From Anaerolineales bacterium UBA4826 (lineage in GTDB: Bacteria > Chloroflexota > Anaerolineae > UBA4142): DNA of 41,196 nucleotides. Position numbers and translations under genes: made by a program. Shown here piece by piece: positions 14,625 to 23,699 of the stretch; positions within the stretch are counted from its first letter, which is position 1, and every line of letters begins with the position of its first letter. The stretch spans positions 3,678 to 44,873 of the forward strand of contig DHFK01000084.1 of the NCBI GenBank assembly GCA_002400365.1, in the 5' to 3' direction. Under the pieces are notes generated by a model. The model had not been told where the DNA came from. It did not search any database and saw nothing but the letters and a program-made list of their open reading frames with translations.

Positions 14625-15053
14625 ATGCGCGTGCTCATTTGGCACGTAGATTCTTTCGTCTGCCGGATCACCGAGAAAGGTCGTTCGCCCGTCGTCGAAC
14701 CGATGGGCGAACGCGCGACGCGCGTTGGCGAAGCGTTGCTGGTGCTGGCGAGCGTCGAAAAATCGGACGAGCGCGCGCCCCAAATCGTCGCGCAGCGCGC
14801 GGCGGCAATGCTGGCGGAACACGCGCGCAAACTTGGAGTGAACGCGCTCGTGCTACATTCGTTCGCGCATTTGTTCGCGGAACTTGCGGCGCCGGCGATT
14901 GCGGTGGAGGCGCTGAAGGAAACCGAACGGTTGCTGCGCGCGGAGGGTTTTTCGGTTTCCCGTCCGCCGTTTGGCTGGTTCAACGAACTGGAAATCAAAG
15001 CGAAAGGACACCCCCTCTCGCGGTTGGCGCGGACGATTTCGGCTGAGGTGTGA
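14625..15053 (+). CDS. Free-standing archaeal-type threonyl-tRNA synthetase editing domain (tRNA-Thr_ED / DTD2-like fold)
   Basis: 142 aa. MRVLIWHVDSF...ALLVLASVEKSDE...LHSFAHLFAELAAP...PPFGWFNELEIKAKGHPLSRLARTI closely parallels the Pyrococcus ThrRS N-terminal editing domain as I remember it (MRMLLIHSDY...ISVEK...YPFAHLSSELAKP...[25 protein letters not shown]). It starts 6 nt after the PDO stop. Confidence 0.78.
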   Translation: MRVLIWHVDSFVCRITEKGRSPVVEPMGERATRVGEALLVLASVEKSDERAPQIVAQRAAAMLAEHARKLGVNALVLHSFAHLFAELAAPAIAVEALKETERLLRAEGFSVSRPPFGWFNELEIKAKGHPLSRLARTISAEV

Positions 15054-15054
15054 G

Positions 15055-15453
15055 ATGGATCCGATCGAAAAGATTTACAAGGAATACAAGACGATTGCGG
15101 TGGTTGGCGCGTCGAACAATCCGGCGCGACCGAGTTATGAGGTCGCCAAGTATTTGCAGGATCATGGGTTCAAGATCATTCCGGTCAACCCAACGCTTGC
15201 CGAACTCTTCGGCGAAAAGTGTTACCCCGACGTGCGCTCGATTCCGGGATCGGTGGATGTCGTTGATATTTTCCGCAATCCAGATGCGGTGCCGGAGATC
15301 GTCGAGCAGGCGATTGCGAAAAAGGCAAAGGTGGTATGGCTGCAGCCGGGCGCGGAGAATCCTCAAGCCGCCGAGCGCGCGACGCAAGCCGGGCTGGAAG
15401 TGATTATGGGCGTGTGCATGATGAAAGAGCATCGCGGGTTGCAGTCGGGATAA
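15055..15453 (+). CDS. CoA-binding domain protein (YccU/YneT-like)
   Basis: The internal ATG at 15055 lies 1 nt after the upstream TGA. MDPIEKIYKEYKTIAVVGASNNPARPSYEVAKYLQDHGFKIIPVNP is typical of the CoA_binding_2 family. Confidence 0.88.
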   Translation: MDPIEKIYKEYKTIAVVGASNNPARPSYEVAKYLQDHGFKIIPVNPTLAELFGEKCYPDVRSIPGSVDVVDIFRNPDAVPEIVEQAIAKKAKVVWLQPGAENPQAAERATQAGLEVIMGVCMMKEHRGLQSG

Positions 15454-15460
15454 TCATTAT

Positions 15461-15524
15461 CCGCGAATCTCGCGAATCACGCGAATGAAAATCAGGCGAT
15501 TCGCGAGATTCGCGTTATTCGCGG
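15461..15524. repeat. Hairpin repeat of cgcgaat-type 7-nt units
   Basis: ccgcgaatctcgcgaatcacgcgaatg ... cgattcgcgagattcgcgttattcgcgg. Confidence 0.8.
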
Positions 15525-15545
15525 ATGAATTCCGGAGAGTGAATA

Positions 15546-16010
15546 ATGGCAGAAGTGAAAACTGCATCGGTGAAATGGGTTGAGGGGTTGGAGTTCCAGA
15601 CCTTTACGGGGTCGGGGCATCAGGGCGTGATCGACGCGGGCGACAAGTCAGGCGGCAAGAATCATGGTCCCAGCCCGATGGAACTTGTGCTGGTCGGTCT
15701 CGCGGGATGCACGGCCATGGATGTGATTGACATCCTGCGGAAAAAACGCTTGGCGGTGAGCGGCTTGGAGGTGAAGGTCGAAGGGACGCGCGCGGAAACG
15801 CATCCGATGTATTACACGAATCTTGACGTGGTCTACGTCGTGCGCGGCAAAGACATTCCGCCGAGTGCGGTCAAGCAGGCGATTCATTTGTCGGAAGAAA
15901 GGTATTGCAGCGTTGGCGTGATGCTCGGCAAATCGGCGCGGATCAACAGCCGCTACGAGATCATCGCGGAGCAAAATGGTTGGGATAAATTATCGTGTGC
16001 CGGTGATTGA
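15546..16010 (+). CDS. OsmC-family peroxiredoxin-like protein
   Basis: 154 aa. GPSPMELVLVGLAGCTAMDVIDIL and SEERYCSVGVML carry the two conserved OsmC cysteines. Confidence 0.88.
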   Translation: MAEVKTASVKWVEGLEFQTFTGSGHQGVIDAGDKSGGKNHGPSPMELVLVGLAGCTAMDVIDILRKKRLAVSGLEVKVEGTRAETHPMYYTNLDVVYVVRGKDIPPSAVKQAIHLSEERYCSVGVMLGKSARINSRYEIIAEQNGWDKLSCAGD

Positions 16011-16179
16011 CGCCGCCAAATGCCAGGCGTGCCGCCAATGCCTGGCGCGCAAGGCGTGTCGGCTGAAAGCGCTGGCGCAGTTCGAGGCGCACGAGTTACC
16101 GTACGTTGATCGCGAGTTGTGTCGCGGTTGTTTGTTGTGCCTGGCGGAATGTCCGTTTCAGGCGATTGTGGCGGAGTAG
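15976..16179 (+). CDS. Small 2x[4Fe-4S]-type ferredoxin-like protein
   Basis: 67 aa. CQACRQCLARKAC and CRGCLLCLAECP cluster motifs. Overlaps the OsmC 3' end by 35 nt. Confidence 0.65.
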   Translation: MVGINYRVPVIDAAKCQACRQCLARKACRLKALAQFEAHELPYVDRELCRGCLLCLAECPFQAIVAE

Positions 16180-16180
16180 A

Positions 16181-16208
16181 GGCGAGAGTATCTCGCCCTT
16201 TTTTGTTC
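16181..16208 (+). terminator. Rho-independent terminator closing the redox operon
   Basis: ggcgaga-gta-tctcgcc followed by cttttttgtt. Confidence 0.8.
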
Positions 16209-16237
16209 TTGCAATAATTCCCGGTCGTTTGTATAAT
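16209..16237 (+). promoter_or_regulatory. Near-consensus sigma70 promoter
   Basis: TTGCAA (16209-16214), 17 nt spacer, TATAAT (16232-16237). An AGAGGAGG SD and the ATG at 16263 follow. Confidence 0.7.
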
Positions 16238-16262
16238 CCAAGTCAGAGGAGGCAACTGGCGT

Positions 16263-16463
16263 ATGATCATCACCACCGAACTGAAAACGGACGGCACAGT
16301 CATCGGCGCGTTGACCGCGAACCCGAAAGAATTCAAGACCGGCAGTCGCGGTTTCTACGGGCAAGGCAAGATCGAGATTGACGGCAAGCGCTACCAAGTT
16401 CAAATTCAACTCGTCGAAATCGGCAGCAAAAAGACTGCCGGAGAAAGCGACTCGAAGGAGTAA
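16263..16463 (+). CDS. Small hypothetical protein (66 aa)
   Basis: Strong promoter and SD. MIITTELKTDGTVIGALTANPKEFKTGSRGFYGQGKIEIDGKRYQVQIQLVEIGSKK. I am confident of no family. Confidence 0.55.
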   Translation: MIITTELKTDGTVIGALTANPKEFKTGSRGFYGQGKIEIDGKRYQVQIQLVEIGSKKTAGESDSKE

Positions 16464-16477
16464 ACAAGGATGCGTTC

Positions 16478-17980
16478 ATGACCGGACGCCGGCTCTACGT
16501 CATCACTTTTGCGATGATGCTCAGTTTGTTTCTCGCTTCGATTGAAGCGACCGTCGTTGCCACCGCGATGCCGACGATTGCCGCACAACTGGGCGGACTC
16601 GAAATCTACGCGTGGGTCTTTTCCGCATACCTACTCACCTCGACGACCACAATCCCGATCTTTGGCAAACTCTCCGATATTTACGGACGCCGCCGCATCT
16701 ATCTCCTCGCGGTCGTGGTTTTCATGCTCGGTTCCGCGCTGTGCGGACAGGCGCAAACGATGCCGCAACTCATTCTCTTTCGCGCGCTGCAAGGTCTGGG
16801 CGCGGGCGGCATTCAACCGCTGGCATTCACCATCATCGGTGATATTTTCACTTTTGAACAACGCGCCAAAATGCAAGGATTGTTTTCGGGCGTGTGGGGC
16901 TTGTCAAGTCTCATCGGTCCGCTCGTCGGCGGATTCTTCGTGGACTATGTTTCGTGGCACTGGGTTTTCTATCTGAACGTGCCGTTCGGCTTGCTGGGCA
17001 TCGCGTTGATGCTTGCCGCGTGGCGCGACGTGAATCCGCGCACGGGAGGCAGTGTGGATTATCTCGGCGCGGCGCTGCTCAGCGGCGGCATTGTCGCGTT
17101 GATGCTCGCGCTGTTCGAGTTGCGCACGGGCTTGCAGACGAACTGGCGCGTCATCGGATTCGCGCTGCTGAGCGCGCTCGTCATGCTGATTGCGCTCGTG
17201 TTCGTCGAACGCCGCGCCGCGAATCCGATGTTGCCGCTCGCGCTCTTTCGGGAACGCCTGTTTGTCTCTGCGATCGGTCATGGTTTCTGCGCGGGCTTTG
17301 CCTTGTTCGGGAGCGCGGCGTTCGTGCCGCTTTTCGTCCAAGCCGTACTGGGCTTGAGCGCGACCGTCGCCGGCGCGACCTTGACGCCGCAGTTGTTTAG
17401 TTGGACGATTGCAAGCATTGTCGGCACGCGCTTGCTGCTGCGTTACCATTTCCGCTCGCTCGCGTTGAGCGGGGTGACCATGCTGTTGCTCGGTCTGACC
17501 CTGTTGACCCAGGTGAGCGCGACGACGCCGCAGTGGGTCTTGGCGATCGGCATGGCGTTAACCGGCGTCGGGATGGGGCTGTCCGTTCCGATCTTTTTGA
17601 TCGCGGTGCAGTCCACTGTGCCGCGGCCCCTGTTGGGCGCCGCGACCTCGACACTGCAATTCGGCCGCAGCATCGGCGGCGCGATCGGGACGAGTGTGCT
17701 GGGGGTGGTCCTCGCGGTTCGGCTCGCGGGCAGTCTCGTCGCGGCGGGATCTGATCCGAACCAGGTTTCGGTGGATGCGCTGCTCGATGCGAACGCGGGC
17801 GCGTCCGGCGCGCTAACCGACGCGTTGCGCGGCGCGTTGACGGGCGCGGTGCAGACTGTGTTCGTCGTCGCGCTCGTCGCCGGGGTCGGCGCGTGGATCG
17901 CGGTCGCGTTCGCGCCGCGCGTTCAAATCGGGACGCGCGTGCCCGTGCGCGTCGCGGAAAAAAGCGCGCCGGCAGAGTAG
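16478..17980 (+). CDS. MFS transporter, DHA2 (EmrB/QacA-like, about 14 TM) drug:H+ antiporter family
   Basis: 500 aa. LSLFLASIEATVVATAMPTIA...GKLSDIYGRRR...LQGLGAGG motifs. Confidence 0.88.
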   Translation: MTGRRLYVITFAMMLSLFLASIEATVVATAMPTIAAQLGGLEIYAWVFSAYLLTSTTTIPIFGKLSDIYGRRRIYLLAVVVFMLGSALCGQAQTMPQLILFRALQGLGAGGIQPLAFTIIGDIFTFEQRAKMQGLFSGVWGLSSLIGPLVGGFFVDYVSWHWVFYLNVPFGLLGIALMLAAWRDVNPRTGGSVDYLGAALLSGGIVALMLALFELRTGLQTNWRVIGFALLSALVMLIALVFVERRAANPMLPLALFRERLFVSAIGHGFCAGFALFGSAAFVPLFVQAVLGLSATVAGATLTPQLFSWTIASIVGTRLLLRYHFRSLALSGVTMLLLGLTLLTQVSATTPQWVLAIGMALTGVGMGLSVPIFLIAVQSTVPRPLLGAATSTLQFGRSIGGAIGTSVLGVVLAVRLAGSLVAAGSDPNQVSVDALLDANAGASGALTDALRGALTGAVQTVFVVALVAGVGAWIAVAFAPRVQIGTRVPVRVAEKSAPAE

Positions 17981-18057
17981 AACGCTTCTTCACAGACTCT
18001 CCGCACGCGCTTCATAATTTCTTCACGGTCGTGCCGCATAATCTGGTCGAAAAAGCA

Positions 18058-18744
18058 ATGGGTAAGAAAATCCTGGTCGTCGAAGACGAAAAGAAACTGG
18101 TCAACATTCTCAAGGGCTATCTCGAACAAGCCGGCTTTACCGTCGTCGCCGCGTACGACGGGCAGCACGCGCTGACGGTTTTTCGACACGAAAAACCCGC
18201 GCTCGTTCTGCTCGACCTGAATCTGCCGGGGATGGATGGACTCGACGTCTGCCGCGCGCTGCGCAAGGAATCGGCGGTGCCGGTGATTATGCTCACCGCG
18301 CGCGTCGAAGAGACCGACCGCTTGATCGGACTGGAGTTGGGCGCGGACGATTACATCAGCAAGCCGTTCAGTCCGCGTGAGGTCGTCGCGCGCGTGCGCG
18401 CGGTCTTGCGTCGAACCGAAGGACAGAGCGCGCGCGTGGAGACGCTGAGCGCGGGCGACTTGATAGTTGACCTCGGCAAACATTCGGCGCGGCTCAAGGA
18501 TCGCGCGATCGAGTTGACGCCGACCGAGTTCGCTCTGCTCGCGGTGATGATGCAGAATCCCGGTCGCGCGTTCACGCGTTTGCAGTTGCTCGATCAGGTG
18601 CAAGGCGAAGCGTTTGAAGGATACGAACGGACGATTGACGCGCACGTCAAGAATCTGCGCCAGAAGATCGAGCGCGACCCGAAGAACCCGCGCTATGTCC
18701 TGACGGTGTTTGGAGTTGGCTACAAATTCGCGGAGGATGCGTGA
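18058..18744 (+). CDS. OmpR/PhoB-family response regulator
   Basis: Internal ATG at 18058. MGKKILVVEDEKKLV...LLDLNLPGMDG...DDYISKPF receiver domain plus a winged-helix C-terminus (LTPTEFALL...VFGVGYKF). Confidence 0.92.
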   Translation: MGKKILVVEDEKKLVNILKGYLEQAGFTVVAAYDGQHALTVFRHEKPALVLLDLNLPGMDGLDVCRALRKESAVPVIMLTARVEETDRLIGLELGADDYISKPFSPREVVARVRAVLRRTEGQSARVETLSAGDLIVDLGKHSARLKDRAIELTPTEFALLAVMMQNPGRAFTRLQLLDQVQGEAFEGYERTIDAHVKNLRQKIERDPKNPRYVLTVFGVGYKFAEDA

Positions 18745-18751
18745 GCGACTT

Positions 18752-18846
18752 GTCATTGCGAGCGGAGCGAAGCAATCCCCAAAGTGCTAAGGAGATTGCT
18801 TCGTCGCAATCCTGCGACTTCGCTCAGGATCGCTCCTCGCAATGAC
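18752..18846. repeat. Nested inverted repeat of the 'gtcattgcgag...gaagcaatc' type
   Basis: gtcattgcgagcggagcgaagcaatcc ... ggagattgcttcg ... tcgctcctcgcaatgac. It creates the spurious N-terminus of track ORF 18784. Confidence 0.75.
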
Positions 18847-18858
18847 AGCGAGGAATGT

Positions 18859-20259
18859 GTGATCGTCAAGAGTCTATTCATCCGCCTGATGGCTGCTTTC
18901 GCGCTCGTCATCTTGATCGCCGTCGCGATCATTTTCGTCATCGTCAACCAAACGACGACGAACGAGTTTCGCGCGTACATGTTTCGCGGGCAGATGACGC
19001 AGTTCGACCAGATCGCGCGCGAATTGGCGGCGTACTATTCCGCGCGCGGCAGTTGGCAGGGCGTGGATCAATACCTCGCGCAGGCGTTGGATGCCGGCAT
19101 GGGCGCGATGATGGGCGGCGGTCCGAGAGGGCACGGCATGCTGGGGATGATGGACGCGTCGGTTTTGATTGCCGATGCCAATGGCGTAGTCGTCGCGTCG
19201 CGTGATGGCGCGGGTGTGGGTCAAAAAGCGTCGGGCGCGCAGATAGCGAACGGCACACCGATTCAGATCGGCGGACAAACGGTTGGGACTTTGATTGCTT
19301 CCACGCCGGCAACGGCAAGTTTCGACACGCAGCAGCAGGAATTCTTGCACCGCGCCAACTTGTCTTTGCTGCTTGCCGGCGCGGTTGCCGGAGCCATCGC
19401 GCTAGCGTTCGGTTTTCTTCTATTCTACCAGATCACCGCGCCGTTGAACGCGCTGGCCGCCGCGTCGCGCCAGATTGCGTCAGGCGATTTGACCGCGCGG
19501 ATCACCAGCCCGCGCGACGACGAAATCGGGCAGGTGGGACGCGCGTTCAACGCGATGGCGGCTAGTCTCGCCCAGTCTGAAGCCGCGCGGCGGAACATGA
19601 TCGCGGACATCGCGCACGAGTTACGCAATCCGCTCGGCGTGATCCAGGGACAACTCGAAGGCATGCTCGACGGCGTGTTTCCGCTGACGAGCGAGCAGAT
19701 CGCCTCGCTGCACGACGAGACACTCTTGCTCACACGACTGGTTGACGATCTGCGGGAACTCGCGCTGGCGGACGCGGGACAACTCAAAATCGCCAGGGAA
19801 CCGACCGACCTCGGCGCGCTCGTGGAAAAGACTGTCGGCGCGTTTGCGTCGCAAGCCGCCGAGAAACACATCGCGCTAGAGTCGGAGATTGTTGGCGGGT
19901 TACCCAAGACAAGCATTGACGCGCAGCGCATCGAACAGGTGCTTCGCAACTTGATCGGCAACGCGTTGCGGTACACGCCGGAAAACGGAACGGTCCGCGT
20001 GCGGTGTTCGGTTGGCAGCGACAAGCCGCCCGCCGTGATCGTGCGCGTGTCCGATACGGGACCTGGAATCGCGCCGGACGATTTGCCGCACGTGTTCGAG
20101 CGTTTCTATCGCGGCGATAAATCGCGCCCGCGCGTGGGCGGCGGCGCGGGGTTGGGGCTTGCGATCGCCAAGCAGTTGGTTGCCGCGCATGGAGGCGCGA
20201 TGGGCGTGGAGAGTGAGCCAGGCCGCGGCGCGACGTTCTGGTTCTCGCTGCCGACATAG
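18859..20259 (+). CDS. Sensor histidine kinase (TM-periplasmic-TM-HAMP-HisKA-HATPase)
   Basis: I prefer the GTG at 18859, after a GAGGAA SD and downstream of the repeat. [12 protein letters not shown]-box and [21 protein letters not shown]2 box. Confidence 0.9.
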   Translation: MIVKSLFIRLMAAFALVILIAVAIIFVIVNQTTTNEFRAYMFRGQMTQFDQIARELAAYYSARGSWQGVDQYLAQALDAGMGAMMGGGPRGHGMLGMMDASVLIADANGVVVASRDGAGVGQKASGAQIANGTPIQIGGQTVGTLIASTPATASFDTQQQEFLHRANLSLLLAGAVAGAIALAFGFLLFYQITAPLNALAAASRQIASGDLTARITSPRDDEIGQVGRAFNAMAASLAQSEAARRNMIADIAHELRNPLGVIQGQLEGMLDGVFPLTSEQIASLHDETLLLTRLVDDLRELALADAGQLKIAREPTDLGALVEKTVGAFASQAAEKHIALESEIVGGLPKTSIDAQRIEQVLRNLIGNALRYTPENGTVRVRCSVGSDKPPAVIVRVSDTGPGIAPDDLPHVFERFYRGDKSRPRVGGGAGLGLAIAKQLVAAHGGAMGVESEPGRGATFWFSLPT

Positions 20260-20280
20260 TATTCATCCGCATGGAAATGA

Positions 20281-20317
20281 AAAGACCCGAGGAGTTTGAC
20301 AAACCCTTCGGGTCTTT
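20281..20317 (-). terminator. Hairpin terminator in the convergent gap (better U-tail on the minus strand)
   Basis: aaagacccgagg...ccttcgggtcttt. On the minus strand it is followed by ttttcatttcc. Confidence 0.65.
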
Positions 20318-20326
20318 ACGCGTCAA

Positions 20327-21046
20327 CTACCGCGGACTCGGCGCGTCCGGCGCGGGCGCAGCGCGACGATCGGTGGCTGGCATCGTCAGCAAAAAGCCGA
20401 CGAAGATGAGGATCACGGCAAGCAGTTCGCTCAGGCGGAAGAGTTCGATGCCTGCCAATACGCCGAGACTGTGCGCGATCGCCGCGACAATGCCGCCCAG
20501 CGCGATCAATCCGGTTGCCACTACGCGTTCGCCCTGCGTCCGCATTTGCGCGAATTTCCACGCCGACCACAACGCGCCGCCGACGAACGCGATCGTGCCA
20601 AATGTGTTCAGCACGATCAGCACGAGTTGCACCGGGAAAAAGGGGAATACTCTGAGCGGCAAAAAGCGATCGGGCGTCGTCTGCAACGCCGCGGGTTCGA
20701 TCTGCCACACGGCGATCAGGATGACGCCTAGCAACGAGAGAACGCCCAACCCCACCAAAACCCAGTTGACCCAGCGCTGTTGAAATACAAGAAACAAAGT
20801 GCCCATGCCCAGCCACGCGGGAATCAGCAGCGCGCCGGTGGCATAATACATACGATACGCGGGAGCGGACCAGCCGTTCAGCGTGGCGCTCAGTTCTGCG
20901 CCGACGCCGATGGTCCACAAGACGAGCGCGATGCCCCATATCAATTGGTGCATTTTCTTGCGCTCGACATATTGGCGCAGCACGAGCGCGGCAAAGGCAA
21001 GACTGATCAACATGCCCGCGCCGGTGATCAGAATGTTGAGATTCAC
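20327..21046 (-). CDS. Hypothetical polytopic membrane protein (about 7 TM)
   Basis: 239 aa, hydrophobic throughout. No recognised motif. Confidence 0.6.
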   Translation of the reverse strand: MNLNILITGAGMLISLAFAALVLRQYVERKKMHQLIWGIALVLWTIGVGAELSATLNGWSAPAYRMYYATGALLIPAWLGMGTLFLVFQQRWVNWVLVGLGVLSLLGVILIAVWQIEPAALQTTPDRFLPLRVFPFFPVQLVLIVLNTFGTIAFVGGALWSAWKFAQMRTQGERVVATGLIALGGIVAAIAHSLGVLAGIELFRLSELLAVILIFVGFLLTMPATDRRAAPAPDAPSPR

Positions 21047-21418
21047 GTTTCCTCTCCTTTCAATTTTCGAGCGGTCGCGATTCTATCACAAACCGGTTGA
21101 TCGCACAAGGGGCTGGGCGTCCGTTCTCACGGCTGTTGCAAAGTCCATTGACGCGCCCCTTTTGTCATTTCGAGAACGCATACCGCGTGGCGGCATGTTA
21201 GCGACAAGAAACTTGCGCGCGCTCGTTGTGGGCGATTTATCGCGGCCCCTTGCGCTGAAGCGCATACTACGAACGTCAAGTTTCTGGGTAGGCGCGGTTT
21301 TCCCTGGCACTTGCGTTCCCGCCAGGGCAAGTGTGCGCCGAGAAATCTCGTTTCCGGGGTGTGAGCGAGATTCCGAGTGAAGCGAGGAATGACATCTCCG
21401 CGACTTTGCGTCAGTTCT

Positions 21419-22078
21419 CTACATCTGTCCCTTTAGCGCGACGTTCCAAAAAATCTTGAAACGGCAATAGTCTTGCTGCGGATTGGAAACCCGGCAAGAG
21501 ATCTCTTGGACCGTATGCGTGTCGCCGCTGGCCCAGGCGAACGCGGCTTGGTAGAACGCGACTGGGATGTGGCACGCGCGCGTCTCGGGCGACGTCACTT
21601 TGCCGCGGACCAATTCGGCGCAGTAGGGGCAGTCGTGGATGTCCAGGACAAAGTCTTCGCCCTCCCGGCGGAGTTCGTGCTTGTTGCCCAACGAGCGCGA
21701 CAGTTCGGCGGTCAGCCGCCCGATCGCCATCGCGACGCGTTCCCGCTTGCTGCCCATCGCGTCGAAGGCGCGCAGGAATTGCGCAAAGGCAAGGACCTGG
21801 CTCTTGTTGAGATGCTCAAAGCCGCTCTGCGCGACGCGTCGAAAAATCTCGCGGGCTTGGTGCGGATCAAAGACCTGCCAGACCACGCCGATCAGGCGTT
21901 CGTATTCGCGCATGGTGATCGAAGGGGAATTGTCCATCGGCGGAGGTTTCGCGATGTAGCGTTCCAGCCCGGCGAGTTGCAGCAGGCGCGCCAGCGCTTC
22001 GGGGTTGGGCGTCTCCTCCGCGATAATGTCATACGAAATTCGGATGGTGTAGGATGGAAGTCTTCTCTCTGGATCCAT
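21419..22078 (-). CDS. V4R (4-vinyl-reductase-like) domain protein, putative small-molecule binding
   Basis: 219 aa. The C-terminal half, CPYCAELV...ACHIPVAFYQAAFAWASG...VQEISCRVSNPQQDYCRFKI, resembles the V4R pattern (C...C.F.I). GGAG SD. Confidence 0.55.
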   Translation of the reverse strand: MDPERRLPSYTIRISYDIIAEETPNPEALARLLQLAGLERYIAKPPPMDNSPSITMREYERLIGVVWQVFDPHQAREIFRRVAQSGFEHLNKSQVLAFAQFLRAFDAMGSKRERVAMAIGRLTAELSRSLGNKHELRREGEDFVLDIHDCPYCAELVRGKVTSPETRACHIPVAFYQAAFAWASGDTHTVQEISCRVSNPQQDYCRFKIFWNVALKGQM

Positions 22079-22164
22079 GATTCTACTCCGCGAGGCAGAG
22101 CAATTGCGATTTGCTCTACGTCAACCCCTTGCGTGAACGCGCTGCTTTTGCTAGAATAGACCCG

Positions 22165-23553
22165 CTACGCTTTCACTGACTGCGCCAAGCGCTTTTCCGA
22201 GGTAGCCAGTCGCAGCAGCGTTGCCAGCGCCACCAATCCCATGAGCGCGGTGACGACGATGATGCCATCCACGCCGCGCCAGTCCACAAACGGTCCGCCG
22301 AGCGTCGCGCCGAGAAACTGCCCGATGCCGAGGAAGACCGAATACAAGCCCATGATCGCGCCGCGATCGCTGGCGTGGTCTTCCGTGATGTCGGCGAGGT
22401 GCGCGAGCGCGGCGGGCGTAAAGCCGCTCTGAATCACGATGCTGACGATGAGCACCAGTGCCAGTGGCAAGACGAACGGAGCGTCAAGCGCGGGCTGATG
22501 GTTGAGCGCAAAAAGAAATAGGCATGTCAAAAAGAGTCCGCCCGTACCGATCAGCATCACAGTGGTTTTCTTGATCTGCGGAAAAAAGACGCTCCAAAAC
22601 AAAATGCCGAGGACGAAAACGACCGCGTACGCGGCGCGCAAGTTGCCGGCTTGAAAACTGTCAAAGCGTCCGACCAACAGTTGGTCGGTAAAACTGCTCT
22701 TGTCGGTGAAGATGCGCGCGGTAAAGTTGATCCATACGCCCAATACGGCGTTGATCGCGATCCACGCGGGCGCGAAACTTTGCACCCGCGGATTGGCAAA
22801 AATCTTTAGATAGTTCGACCAGGTTTCGCGCGCGGTCGTCGCGCGGCTGGGGTCGCGTTTGACTTCGCGGACTTCGCTCAAGCCGAACCAAAGGATCGCG
22901 AGACTGGCGAGATAAACGAGCGCGTTGAGCGCGAACGCCGGACTGGTGAGAGGGATTCCTAGAAAAATGGTCGGCGTTCCAAAATGTCGCCACAGCCAGC
23001 CGCCCAGCGAAAATCCAAGCGCAATGCCGCCGATCGTCGCGATCTCGAAAAAGCCGACGACGCGCGTCCGCAGTTTCGCCGAGTTTGACGTGGCTTCGGC
23101 GATATAGCCGAGCGAGGCGGGCGCATTCGCGGCGGTCGAGATGCCTTCCAGGAGCCGGGTAAAGACGAGCGCCCAGACCAACGTCGTCATCGCGGTGATC
23201 TGCACGGCGATCGCGCCAAACAGGGGCCCGAAGATGATGAATAGTTTCCGTCCGTACTTGTCGCTCCACGCGCCAAAGAGCGGCGCACCGATCAATTCGG
23301 CGGCGAAGAACGTGCCGATGAGAATTCCGCCCAGCGCGTAGGAAACCTCGTAGACATTCTGCGCGCCGGCGATCGTCCGCAGCGGGTGCGCGAGATCTTT
23401 TGCGGCTTCGTGGATGGAATTAAAGTAGAATTGGATATTCTCGCCCATCGCGCCTGCGGCAGCGCGGAGAAGCAGACTGCCCACGATCAGCGCGGCGAGA
23501 GAACGAATCAGATGTGGGGCAGTCGTTGTGGAGCCGGCATTGGACTGTGACAT
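22165..23553 (-). CDS. MFS transporter (12 TM)
   Basis: 462 aa. GAWSDKYGRKL-type loop motif. GGAGG SD. Confidence 0.85.
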   Translation of the reverse strand: MSQSNAGSTTTAPHLIRSLAALIVGSLLLRAAAGAMGENIQFYFNSIHEAAKDLAHPLRTIAGAQNVYEVSYALGGILIGTFFAAELIGAPLFGAWSDKYGRKLFIIFGPLFGAIAVQITAMTTLVWALVFTRLLEGISTAANAPASLGYIAEATSNSAKLRTRVVGFFEIATIGGIALGFSLGGWLWRHFGTPTIFLGIPLTSPAFALNALVYLASLAILWFGLSEVREVKRDPSRATTARETWSNYLKIFANPRVQSFAPAWIAINAVLGVWINFTARIFTDKSSFTDQLLVGRFDSFQAGNLRAAYAVVFVLGILFWSVFFPQIKKTTVMLIGTGGLFLTCLFLFALNHQPALDAPFVLPLALVLIVSIVIQSGFTPAALAHLADITEDHASDRGAIMGLYSVFLGIGQFLGATLGGPFVDWRGVDGIIVVTALMGLVALATLLRLATSEKRLAQSVKA

Positions 23554-23699
23554 TGGTACCTCCAGCCCGCATTATACCATAGAGGTACCGCTTGCCGCAA
23601 AATCTGCTTGCAACCGTTCAGATAGGACGCTGACGAGCGCAGACGAGCGCGGAAAAAACGACCAGCACGCCAGTCCCCATAGTTGGCGTTGACTACTTC

